52,247 nt of DNA, from the NCBI GenBank assembly GCA_049423385.1, contig JBMSQQ010000009.1:1-52247 (forward strand), read 5' to 3'. This DNA comes from Silvanigrellaceae bacterium. GTDB taxonomy: Bacteria; Bdellovibrionota_B; Oligoflexia; Silvanigrellales; Silvanigrellaceae. Within the stretch, counting starts at the first letter, position 1, and every line of letters starts with the position of its first letter. The notes below the pieces were generated by a model. It had not been told where the DNA came from. It did no database searches and worked only from the letters and a program-made list of their open reading frames with translations. Shown one piece after another: positions 17,378 through 25,907 of this stretch. The translations under genes were made by a program, and so were the position numbers.

Positions 17378-19164
17378 GAATGAGCTCGCGGTTGAGCTTG
17401 CTTTCGGTTGTGTCGCTCATGCTCTTTGCATCGGCAGAGGCGCAGAACAATCTCAACAACCTTGGCAACGTCAACGGTTCCAATTCAATTGATGGTTCCA
17501 GCAGCTCATCAGGAAATTCCTCGAACAATGTTCTCGACAGCGATGAATTGAATTCCAATACAGGAAATTCGAATGTCCCCTCAAACTCCGGCGGGAGTGA
17601 GGAAAATGGCGGACTGGACAATGATTTCAGCAACTCGGGCAATTCTGCTGCGAACAACTCCGGCAACTCAGGCTCACTGAACAACAACGGTGGCGGTGGA
17701 CTCAACAACGGTGGCGGTGGACTCAACAACGGTGGCGGTGGACTCAACAATGGTGGCGGTGGACTCAACAACGGAGTTCAACAAGGCAACAGCAACAAAA
17801 AAGCAAACAACAACTCAACTGCCAACGGCGGAAGCGGAAATCAAAGCCTGAATGGCGGAAACACACCACCTTCAAACAATTTGGCAACCCAAAACGGAAA
17901 TCCAGCTCAACCACCCAACGCCGCTCCTGTCCCCGATGCGGCCGATGCGCCTCCTCCACCGGAGGAAACAAACGTCGATCCGTCAGCCACACCGCCCACC
18001 AACAGCGCAGCGGCTGAGGCCCCAGATCAAGCTGAAAAGCCTCGCAGACTGACGCGTGCAGAGCGTCGACAAGCACAGTTGGAACTGGTCAAGAAGATGG
18101 CCGAATCGATTCCTGCGCTGAGACCCGGAGAAGCACCGCTGGAGTATTCCGTTCAGCCAGGCGACACGCTTTGGGATATTTCAGACCAGCTGCTCGACGA
18201 TGCGATGTGGTGGCCGCGTCTTTGGGTGCTCAATCCCGAAGTGACCGACCCCGACAAAATCGAACCTGGAATGCGACTGCTTTTTTATCCAAGCAGCGCC
18301 GAACGTGCACCTGAACTTGCAGTTGAAAACTACGTCGATCCCTTCGGCCCACCCAAGGTGGAACTTGCAACCCTGCAGACCTTCAACATGGATATCAAGA
18401 GGTGGGTCGGTCCGAACGGAGAGATTATCGACGCCAGCACACTGCAAGGTGATCAACATTTGTTGTCAGTCGGTGATGCCGTTTTCAATGCAACATATCT
18501 TTTCCGGCTGCCAGGTTTTTACGGTGACAGCAACCTCAACCAGGTCGGCGAAGTTGTCTCAAATCCAAATGTTCCAATGATTGCCGGACAAGGACAAACT
18601 CTCATCGGCTCGTTCTCCAGGACACCAGGACCCGGGGAGCGCTTCATGGCACTTCGGGAGTTGCCCAACATTTCTCAACTTGTTCCGATTCAGCCATCGG
18701 GAAATTTGTTCATGCATACAGGAACTGTTGGTGTCGTCAGGACGTCGTCCAGTGGCTATGTGACACTTGTTGCAGAGGACAACAATTCAAGTATCGCCCC
18801 AAGCGATATTCTTGTTCCGGCAAACAAGAACCTTTACGTGCCAATCGACCCCAATTCGGCCGGCCGTCCAAATCAGGCTCCGGGCTACGTCGTGGCCACC
18901 GAATCAGGAAGCTTTCAATCGGCAGGTCCAGGAATGGCTGTTTTTTTGCAGGGCCAAAATGGAGGGAACCCCTTCAACGTGGGAGATGACGTTGAACTCT
19001 TCATGCCTCACGGAAGCACCTTTGGTTTCGACGATGAGATTGTCGCGCGCGAAAAGGTTGCCGTGGCTCGAATTGTTGACACCACACCTGACAGCGCAGT
19101 GGGAGTTATTCTCAAGGCTTCTCGAGAGGTTACAGCTGGCGCCAGCACGATTCCCGAGATGTGA
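17374..19164 (+). CDS. Secreted LysM-domain protein (TsaP-like) with Asn/Gly-rich N-terminus
   Basis: Signal peptide (ASAEA); YSVQPGDTLWDIS...WWPRLWVLNP..DPDKIEPG LysM; beta-rich C-terminal domain; ATGA overlap. Confidence 0.85.
   Translation: MRMSSRLSLLSVVSLMLFASAEAQNNLNNLGNVNGSNSIDGSSSSSGNSSNNVLDSDELNSNTGNSNVPSNSGGSEENGGLDNDFSNSGNSAANNSGNSGSLNNNGGGGLNNGGGGLNNGGGGLNNGGGGLNNGVQQGNSNKKANNNSTANGGSGNQSLNGGNTPPSNNLATQNGNPAQPPNAAPVPDAADAPPPPEETNVDPSATPPTNSAAAEAPDQAEKPRRLTRAERRQAQLELVKKMAESIPALRPGEAPLEYSVQPGDTLWDISDQLLDDAMWWPRLWVLNPEVTDPDKIEPGMRLLFYPSSAERAPELAVENYVDPFGPPKVELATLQTFNMDIKRWVGPNGEIIDASTLQGDQHLLSVGDAVFNATYLFRLPGFYGDSNLNQVGEVVSNPNVPMIAGQGQTLIGSFSRTPGPGERFMALRELPNISQLVPIQPSGNLFMHTGTVGVVRTSSSGYVTLVAEDNNSSIAPSDILVPANKNLYVPIDPNSAGRPNQAPGYVVATESGSFQSAGPGMAVFLQGQNGGNPFNVGDDVELFMPHGSTFGFDDEIVAREKVAVARIVDTTPDSAVGVILKASREVTAGASTIPEM
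17683..17774 (+). repeat. In-frame 21-bp tandem repeat (NNGGGGL) x4 plus a partial copy
   Basis: AACAACGGTGGCGGTGGACTC repeated four times (one C>T change) then AACAACGG. Confidence 0.95.
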
Positions 19165-19250
19165 AACTCCCTCGCCAAAGCACAAAAAACAGTTCCAAAA
19201 AAAATTGGCTGACCGGTTAAATAGATAAACAATTTCAGTGAGAAAAGTTC

Positions 19251-19279
19251 TTGCAGGGGCAAAACCTGCATGTTACAGC
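19251..19279 (+). promoter_or_regulatory. Candidate sigma70-type promoter in an intergenic region
   Basis: TTGCAG-N17-TACAGC with extended TG; AT-rich upstream; no convincing ORF downstream. Confidence 0.35.
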
Positions 19280-19284
19280 CTGCT

Positions 19285-19481
19285 CAGGAACAGCCAAAAG
19301 CAATGGACTTCCCCGAGATCAGCATCGTTCGGATGCGGGTTTCGCCTTCCTGAAAACTTTGCCTTCCTTATGAACTCCAGCCAATTATTTTATCTTCACA
19401 ATTGCAGTCCAATCACTTTCCCTCCACCGAGGGACGACCGAACCTGAGGGCACCGAACAGCCCCCCGGTTCATTTTTTTTT
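19285..19481 (+). ncRNA. Candidate small RNA
   Basis: About 350-nt gap between convergent genes; promoter-like motif upstream; hairpin plus T9 downstream; CU-rich segments. Confidence 0.3.
19440..19481 (+). terminator. Intrinsic terminator (imperfect stem)
   Basis: GAACCTGAGGGC...GCCCCCCGGTTC followed by A and T9. Confidence 0.6.
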
Positions 19482-19521
19482 CAAGAAATGCTGATTTAAA
19501 AATAGTCTTGAACAGACTTTT

Positions 19522-19833
19522 TCAGCCTGTGGTGATCTCACCACGGCGTGCAGGACGTTCAATTCCGCTCTCGCTGAAGACATCTTCCTTGGCATATTTT
19601 CGGAGCTTTTGAACATTTCGATCGAGCCTGTCGACACTTCTCACGACAGTTTCAATCATCTCCAGAAAGTTTTCGTGGTCGAAGTTCGCTTTCAGATACG
19701 ATCGCGATTTCGCGTCGGCCTCTATTTCCTCAAGAAAGCCTTTGGTGATGAACAGGGCATTGTTCACCTCGTGAATCCACTCGCGCAGCCTGTGGCTGAC
19801 TTGTCCGACGGCGAAGTTTGAATCCTGATTCAT
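19522..19833 (-). CDS. Small protein resembling a stand-alone HisKA (DHp) domain
   Basis: H-box-like WIHEVNNAL then second helix RSVDRLDRNVQKLRKYAK; no HATPase domain. Confidence 0.65.
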   Translation of the reverse strand: MNQDSNFAVGQVSHRLREWIHEVNNALFITKGFLEEIEADAKSRSYLKANFDHENFLEMIETVVRSVDRLDRNVQKLRKYAKEDVFSESGIERPARRGEITTG

Positions 19834-19881
19834 GTTTTAACCCCAGCAGCCTGCGTCTTGCATGCACTTCCAGGAAAAGAT

Positions 19882-21435
19882 TCACGCCTGATTGGCCCAA
19901 AGTCCAATGGCATGCGTCATCAACCGGACACATTTTGCCGTTGCACCTGCTTCCTGGGTCAAATCGGTGGGTTTGTCGGACCACATATACGTATCGATAT
20001 GCGTCCAATTTGTCTGGCCCACAAATCTCCTTAAAAACTGGGCTGCAGTGATTGCTCCGCCGTGGCCTGATGAAGCCGAATTGGAAATTTCAGCGACGTT
20101 TGAATCCAACCATGACTCGTAATCTTCAACAAATGGCAAAGGCCAAACCCAATCACCGAGCAGTCGGCCCGTTTCAACCAAAAGCGCCTCGGTTTCGGGA
20201 TCCGTGCAGAAAAGGGCATCAACGCTGGGTCCCAGGGCTGTCCTTGCGGCGCCCGTCAGCGTGGCCAAATCGACAATCCAATCGGGTTTCTCCGCAACCG
20301 CATAGCAAAGTGCGTCTGCAAGCACGAGTCGCCCCTCGGCATCCGTGTTGTCTATCTCAACGGAAATGCCATTCTTGGACTTGTACACATCACCAGGGCG
20401 CATGCTTCTGCCCGAGACCATATTTTCAGCAATTGCAAGGTAACAGCTCACACGCACGGGAATGCCCAATCGTGCCACCGCCAGAAAAACCCCCAGTGCA
20501 GCTGCCGAGCCACCCATGTCTTTTTTCATGTTGCGCATGAAGTTCGAGCCTTTGATATCGAGCCCGCCGGAATCGAATGTGATCCCCTTGCCAACAAGAG
20601 CAAGATGTTTTGTTTGTTTTCCATTCGACTTTGGAAAATAGGTCAGTCGCAAAAGCCTGGGCGGATAATCACTTCCCTGGCCCACCGCGGTGATGAGACC
20701 ACATCCCTCAGCAAGAAGCTTTTCACGATGAAAAACTTCAACGGCAATGTGATTTGGATTCCCTTCGTTGTCGCACTCGCGTCGAACAAGTTCACGGACA
20801 AAGACCTCGAACGATTCAGGGTTGAGAATATTTGCTGGCATGTTGACCAGACTGCGGGTCATCAACATTGCACCCGCAAGCTTTTCTCCTGCAACCCGGC
20901 TGTCTTCGCCGAGACCATCGCACCAGACTTTCAGCGGCTTTCGCTCGATTGTCTCGAAATGAGTCGATTCCTTGATCTTCAAATTGATCGATCGCTCAAG
21001 CAAGCCTACAAAAAAGTATTGTTGGCTGAGACCTTCAATCTGGGCTGCCAAATTCGTTGAAAAAGTCAGAAAAACGGATGGATATTCAGCCAACGCAGGA
21101 GTCGATTGAAGCAATGCGGAAACCTGCGCTCCCCAAACGGTTGCGTGGTGCGGCATGCCTCCTGGTTTTCCGGCAAGCTTTCGTGCCGGTTCCTTTGCAA
21201 GAACCACGAGGAATCTTGGTGAATCCGAATCCAGAACCGGCAATGCATAAATCTGCTTTGCCTTGGGTTCACCATGTAGAGTTCGAACACGTTCAAGCAG
21301 CCCCTGAACAGAAGCGTCGTCATCTCCATCGAGAACAACCCTGACAAGAACCGATGCAGACAGATCGACCGGTGGTTTGTTGAGCAGAATCAACTTACGC
21401 TTGAGAAGATAGGCGGCGGGGGATGCTGATTTCAT
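19882..21435 (-). CDS. M17 leucyl aminopeptidase (PepA/PepB family)
   Basis: GKGITFDSGG, MKKDMGG, NTDAEGRL, ATLTGA. Confidence 0.95.
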   Translation of the reverse strand: MKSASPAAYLLKRKLILLNKPPVDLSASVLVRVVLDGDDDASVQGLLERVRTLHGEPKAKQIYALPVLDSDSPRFLVVLAKEPARKLAGKPGGMPHHATVWGAQVSALLQSTPALAEYPSVFLTFSTNLAAQIEGLSQQYFFVGLLERSINLKIKESTHFETIERKPLKVWCDGLGEDSRVAGEKLAGAMLMTRSLVNMPANILNPESFEVFVRELVRRECDNEGNPNHIAVEVFHREKLLAEGCGLITAVGQGSDYPPRLLRLTYFPKSNGKQTKHLALVGKGITFDSGGLDIKGSNFMRNMKKDMGGSAAALGVFLAVARLGIPVRVSCYLAIAENMVSGRSMRPGDVYKSKNGISVEIDNTDAEGRLVLADALCYAVAEKPDWIVDLATLTGAARTALGPSVDALFCTDPETEALLVETGRLLGDWVWPLPFVEDYESWLDSNVAEISNSASSGHGGAITAAQFLRRFVGQTNWTHIDTYMWSDKPTDLTQEAGATAKCVRLMTHAIGLWANQA

Positions 21436-22709
21436 AGTGCCCCCTTCTCCCGACTGGCAATCAATGGCTCGACGATACGCCCAACCTCACGATTGTTTGC
21501 AAGTTCGAGATATCGTTTGGATGCAATTTCGCGCGCAGCGACAAACTGTGCATAAAAGTTACTTGATGCAAAACGGAACGATGGTGAATTGTAACGTTCG
21601 ATGATATTGCAAAGATCCGAACTTGATGTGCTGCGAACAGCTCGAAGAACGCCAGCGAGGCCATGGTTGTAGGCTGTCAAAGCCAAGGGCCATGAACCCG
21701 TTGCTTCAAAGTTTTGCCTGAGCAGTTTTGCCGCAGCAGCAGTCGCAATCGTTGGATCCGTCCTGCGATTCACTGCACTTTTCCCCATCAACAATTGCAT
21801 TGTCATTGGCATGAGCTGCCACAATCCAACCGCACCCACCTTTGATTTGGCATGATTCACGTAGCTGCTTTCGACATGAGGCAGAAATGCAATGTCCAAA
21901 GGTAGATTTTGTTTTTTGAGAATTGACTTGATTGTTGGAAGATACTGGAGAGAGCGCTTTACACCGTCGTTGAAGCGGGATTTCAAACCCTGCTGCACCC
22001 GGATATTTTCGCTTGCCTGAACCAGGCGACTTCGAGAGAACTCGGAAGGCCTGAAATTTTTGGCCAGAGCCCTCTCCGAGGGTGTCCAAAGTTTGGGCGA
22101 ATCGATCTTGTCTGCCAACGACAACAATGACGTCCTGTAGTGCTCCTTGAGCATACGCATCGACTGCATCCTTTGCGCGTTGCTGCCGCCAAGTCGAACG
22201 TTGGCATAAACCTTGTCGAGATCCTCGCGATCATGAATCAAAGCTTCCTGGGTATCCACTTCTGCATAAACCCTTTTCCAGAATGAAACGTTTTCCTTCA
22301 AGCAGGAAGGGTTTGGAAACGAATTCATGTTGGGAACTCCAGCCCGCGCCAATGACCGGGGTGATGCCGAAGACTTGGGTGCTTTTTGCTGAAAAGTTGC
22401 AGGTTCTTCCTTGCCTGCGTTTTTACTGCCGGGAAGCCATCGTTGCTGAACCTCTTTGGGAGGCACAGGACTCGGCAATTGCGACATCGGTTCTGCGGAC
22501 TGCGCAGCCAGTGCATCGGCCTGATTTTCGCTGACCGACAACACCTCATCGAAAAACACCTCGTCGTCGGGGGATGCAATCCCCTTTTGAGGAGGCAACT
22601 CGATTTTGAAATCCAATGCATGCACTGATTGAACCATCGTCGAAGTCGCAATCACAGAGGCAAGATGGATGCGGACCACGCGCTTCAACGTGCCAACAGA
22701 AAGACTCAT
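21432..22709 (-). CDS. Lytic transglycosylase (SLT domain, MltD-like)
   Basis: LPHVESS (catalytic Glu), GAVGLWQLMP, LTAYNHG; signal peptide. Confidence 0.9.
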   Translation of the reverse strand: MSLSVGTLKRVVRIHLASVIATSTMVQSVHALDFKIELPPQKGIASPDDEVFFDEVLSVSENQADALAAQSAEPMSQLPSPVPPKEVQQRWLPGSKNAGKEEPATFQQKAPKSSASPRSLARAGVPNMNSFPNPSCLKENVSFWKRVYAEVDTQEALIHDREDLDKVYANVRLGGSNAQRMQSMRMLKEHYRTSLLSLADKIDSPKLWTPSERALAKNFRPSEFSRSRLVQASENIRVQQGLKSRFNDGVKRSLQYLPTIKSILKKQNLPLDIAFLPHVESSYVNHAKSKVGAVGLWQLMPMTMQLLMGKSAVNRRTDPTIATAAAAKLLRQNFEATGSWPLALTAYNHGLAGVLRAVRSTSSSDLCNIIERYNSPSFRFASSNFYAQFVAAREIASKRYLELANNREVGRIVEPLIASREKGAL

Positions 22710-22830
22710 ATTTCCCCCGACGCCCTTTTACTATCTTCCAGACATCGCTATTGTTTCTCAGTGGACGGCGGCAGGGGAATGGAATATTTGCCGCCCGATT
22801 TTTTGACGTTCGCATTCAGCGGGAGTTTGA

Positions 22831-23595
22831 TTGGTGTTGCAGCACATTAGGGTCTTGTGCCAACGCGCCTTCTTCATCGCGACATTTTTTGCGATTTGGG
22901 CCACCTGTGGACATGTGATGGAAATCCCGGAGTATATACTGCCAAAACCAGACAGCGTCGCAGAAACATTGTTTGCAGACCGTTGGCTGCTGTGGGTCCA
23001 TTTTTTGGATACCGCCAAGAATTGGTCCGCGGGACTCGCTGTATCCATACTCGTTGCCAGCAGCCTGAGCTTGATGGCCTTTGCAAGCAAAACTCTCGAA
23101 CGACACGTGAGCCGCTTTCTTGTCGTCAGTCAGGCTGTTCCCTATCTGACCGTTGCCCCTTTGCTTCTGCTCTGGTTTGGCTTGGGATCCGCCCCCAAGA
23201 TTGTCCTCATTGTTTTGACCTGCAGCTTTCCCATTGCCCAGTTGACCCTTGCAGGACTTCACCAAGCACGGGGAAAGTATTCGGTTTTGGCGACCATTTT
23301 AAGGCTGACACCCCAAAAGGCGCTCAAGCAGCTTTACATTCCCGCCGCACTGCCCTCGTTCATGGAAGGTGTGCGCATTTCGGTCACCTACGCATTTGTG
23401 AGTTCAGTGCTCGCCGAACTCATTGGCAGTGAATCCGGACTCGGTGTCTATTTGTCCCGTGCACAGTCCGCTTATCGAACAGATCGGGTTGTGGCGGTTG
23501 TCTTTGTGATTGTCCTTTTCAGCTTGATGTGTTCATGGCTCACGAAGGCGATGACCAGCAAATTGGTTTTTTGGGAGTCAAAATCAAATGTCTAA
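22831..23595 (+). CDS. ABC transporter permease (NitT/TauT class, ThiX-like)
   Basis: ILPKP, SQAVP...APLLLLWFGLG, PAALP, AELIGSESGLG. Confidence 0.88.
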   Translation: MVLQHIRVLCQRAFFIATFFAIWATCGHVMEIPEYILPKPDSVAETLFADRWLLWVHFLDTAKNWSAGLAVSILVASSLSLMAFASKTLERHVSRFLVVSQAVPYLTVAPLLLLWFGLGSAPKIVLIVLTCSFPIAQLTLAGLHQARGKYSVLATILRLTPQKALKQLYIPAALPSFMEGVRISVTYAFVSSVLAELIGSESGLGVYLSRAQSAYRTDRVVAVVFVIVLFSLMCSWLTKAMTSKLVFWESKSNV

Positions 23596-24586
23596 AAAAA
23601 TGCTTGGCGCGCGCGGCTGCGCAGTCCTGTGGTTCTCGACGATCCCCGCCTGGTCCAGCGCAGCCCAAGAGAAAGTGACGATTGCGCTCGACTGGACACC
23701 CAATACCAATCACATCGGTTTGTATGCAGCCAAGGCAAGCGGCGCATTCACACGCGCGGGACTTGATGTCCGCCTCGTGCAGATGAAGCAGACCAGCACA
23801 ACCCAACTTGTTGGCGCAGGCAAAGCTGACTTCGGAATCAGTTTTGTTTCAGACGTTTTGAACGCACGCTCACAAAAAATCCCTGTTGTGTCAGTGGCGG
23901 CAATCATTCAAGAAAACACCAGTTGTTTTGCTGCACGCGAGTCAACCGGAATTCGCACCATCAAGGATTTCGAAGGCAGAAGATACGGAGGCTGGGGGTC
24001 TCCTGAGGAAGAAGCCACGCTGAAATACGTCATGAAAAAATCGGGAGCCGACTTCTCAAAGCTCAAAATCGTGACAACGGGAATCAGCGACTTTCTTCCA
24101 ACGACAATGAAAAACGCAGACTTCATGTGGATCTATATGGGTTGGGACGGAACAAGAGCCAAACTTGAAAACGTCAAGCTGAACACAATTTGCCTGCGGG
24201 ACATCGATCCCGTATTCAACCACCCTTCTCCGCTCATCATCACCTCTGCACAACTCATCAAGAAAAGGCCTGAGCAATTGCGCAAATTTCTCGCGGCAGC
24301 GAGCGAAGGATATCAGCTGGCAATAAAAGATCCTGGCGAAGCTGCCCGTCTTTTCATGAAGCTGGTTCCAGAATCGGATTCCAAACTGGTTTTCGAATCG
24401 GCAAAATTCTTGTCAAAGGAATTTTCAAAGGATGCTCCCCGCTGGGGGGTTCAGAATGTTTCGCGTTTTGATGATTATCGACTCTGGGCCAACAAGGAGA
24501 AAATCCTGACCCTCAATGAGCCGGCACAGGGATTCGTGGACAATACTTTTTTGCCTGGTGGCGAAAACCGCGGAGCCCGCAAATGA
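23588..24586 (+). CDS. ABC substrate-binding protein (NMT1/THI5, ThiY-like)
   Basis: LDWTPNTNHIGLY, GKADFGIS, YGGWG motifs; signal peptide. Confidence 0.88.
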   Translation: MSKKMLGARGCAVLWFSTIPAWSSAAQEKVTIALDWTPNTNHIGLYAAKASGAFTRAGLDVRLVQMKQTSTTQLVGAGKADFGISFVSDVLNARSQKIPVVSVAAIIQENTSCFAARESTGIRTIKDFEGRRYGGWGSPEEEATLKYVMKKSGADFSKLKIVTTGISDFLPTTMKNADFMWIYMGWDGTRAKLENVKLNTICLRDIDPVFNHPSPLIITSAQLIKKRPEQLRKFLAAASEGYQLAIKDPGEAARLFMKLVPESDSKLVFESAKFLSKEFSKDAPRWGVQNVSRFDDYRLWANKEKILTLNEPAQGFVDNTFLPGGENRGARK

Positions 24587-25350
24587 TTTGCTTCAGCAAC
24601 CTCCAGGTCAGTCTTGAAGGCAAAAATATTCTCTGCAATGTGAGCTTTGCAACCCGGCAGGGTGGAATGATTGCAATCATGGGACCGTCTGGTTGCGGCA
24701 AATCAACACTCCTCAAGGCATTGATGGGTATTCATCCATTTTCTGCCGGGGAGATTCATGCCGCGCAAAATGAATTCAAAGCGACCGACTGGAACGGCAA
24801 TCAGAAAATCTTTACACTGGTCCCCCAGATCCCCACTCTATTGCCTTGGAAAACAGTGATCGAAAACGTAGCCATTGCAGGTACTCATCTCCCGGAAAAT
24901 CACCCCACCTCCAGGGCGCGCGAAATGCTCGCGACCGTTGGCCTGGCTGCAGCTGAAAATCTTTTCCCATGGCAATTGTCCCAAGGAATGGCTGCGCGGG
25001 TCTCTTTCGCCAGAACTCTCATGATGAATTCCGAGGTCCTACTTCTCGACGAACCCTTCGCAGCTATCGATGCAACAACCCGCTTCAAACTTCAGTGCTG
25101 GTTGCTCGAAAAAGTTGGCCAACTTCAACTTCAAGGAATTATTGTCACCCACGACCCCCGCGAGTCGCTGCTTTTGGCTGACAGGGTCGTGATTCTGGGC
25201 GGCCGCCCTGCAACTGTTCTTCAAGAAATCAATCTTCCTCCCATCGAAAAAAGAAAAGAGCCCGAATGGATCTTCGGGCCCGATGCAGGGAAAATTGAAA
25301 GAGAGATTCGTCTTGCCCTGGACCTGGCCGGGGCGAGTGCACTCAGTTAG
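24583..25350 (+). CDS. ABC transporter ATP-binding protein (ThiZ-like)
   Basis: GPSGCGKST, LSQGMAARV, LLLDEPF, VTHD. Confidence 0.92.
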   Translation: MICFSNLQVSLEGKNILCNVSFATRQGGMIAIMGPSGCGKSTLLKALMGIHPFSAGEIHAAQNEFKATDWNGNQKIFTLVPQIPTLLPWKTVIENVAIAGTHLPENHPTSRAREMLATVGLAAAENLFPWQLSQGMAARVSFARTLMMNSEVLLLDEPFAAIDATTRFKLQCWLLEKVGQLQLQGIIVTHDPRESLLLADRVVILGGRPATVLQEINLPPIEKRKEPEWIFGPDAGKIEREIRLALDLAGASALS

Positions 25351-25723
25351 CGAATTTCTTTTGATTCGACCCGCCATCCATCATGGTCGCCTGGACCACA
25401 TCACAAGCGAGTTCGAAATCGTCCATGTTGAGTTCTCCCTTTTCCGAGAGCACTCCACGCAGGCGATCAAACGAGAGGCGCAAACCCTGATTTTGCTCCA
25501 AGAGTCCGTCGACCTCGGCACGGAGGCGACAAACTTCTCCACCCACCCTCGTGATTGTGTCCATCAGATGAGCAAGATGTCTCTCGATTTGCGGATCGAT
25601 CATGCTGTCGTCGCAGGGTTTGAACTGTTCCTCGGTCGCAAACACCACTTCATCTTCGGCCTCGTAGCCACCCACTTCATCCAGTTCCTGACCGAGTGAA
25701 AGATTGCGGAATTCACTCTTCAT
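25343..25723 (-). CDS. Small acidic coiled-coil hypothetical protein
   Basis: ATG at 25723 with GGAGAG RBS; heptad region LRAEVDGLLEQNQGLRLSFDRL. Confidence 0.7.
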   Translation of the reverse strand: MKSEFRNLSLGQELDEVGGYEAEDEVVFATEEQFKPCDDSMIDPQIERHLAHLMDTITRVGGEVCRLRAEVDGLLEQNQGLRLSFDRLRGVLSEKGELNMDDFELACDVVQATMMDGGSNQKKFAN

Positions 25724-25779
25724 TTTACACTCTCCGTGTGCCTGATTGGAGCCTGGACTTCCTGGGCCCCGTTGATGAC

Positions 25780-25806
25780 CTATCGGCCCCCACCTTTTCA
25801 GGCTGA
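25780..25806 (-). promoter_or_regulatory. Candidate sigma28 (FliA) promoter
   Basis: Minus strand TCAG-N15-GCCGATAG versus consensus TAAA-N15-GCCGATAA. Confidence 0.55.
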
Positions 25807-25833
25807 GGGTCACATCTGCTCGGTGAAGTCAAA

Positions 25834-25862
25834 TTGGCATGAGTGCAAAGGTGTGCTACTAA
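25834..25862 (+). promoter_or_regulatory. Candidate sigma70 promoter of secA
   Basis: TTGGCA-N17-TACTAA with extended TG. Confidence 0.35.
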
Positions 25863-25907
25863 CAGAGCTCATCCCTTGCAGCGCTTTACATAAGGGTTTT
25901 TTTGCAC

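Noticed and set aside
17256..17771. Antisense ORF with LLSPPPP repeats
   Set aside because: Mirror image of the NNGGGGL repeat in the LysM gene
17683..17774. Direct repeats as a CRISPR array
   Set aside because: Head-to-tail 21-bp units with no spacers, in frame within a CDS; no cas genes
19245..19300. c-di-GMP-I riboswitch (GGCAAA motif)
   Set aside because: Lacks the GAAA tetraloop stem and downstream GCAAAG/P3 elements; only a short hairpin
19238..19447. 69-aa ORF in the intergenic gap
   Set aside because: GTG start without RBS, no recognisable features; cannot be fully excluded without ribosome profiling
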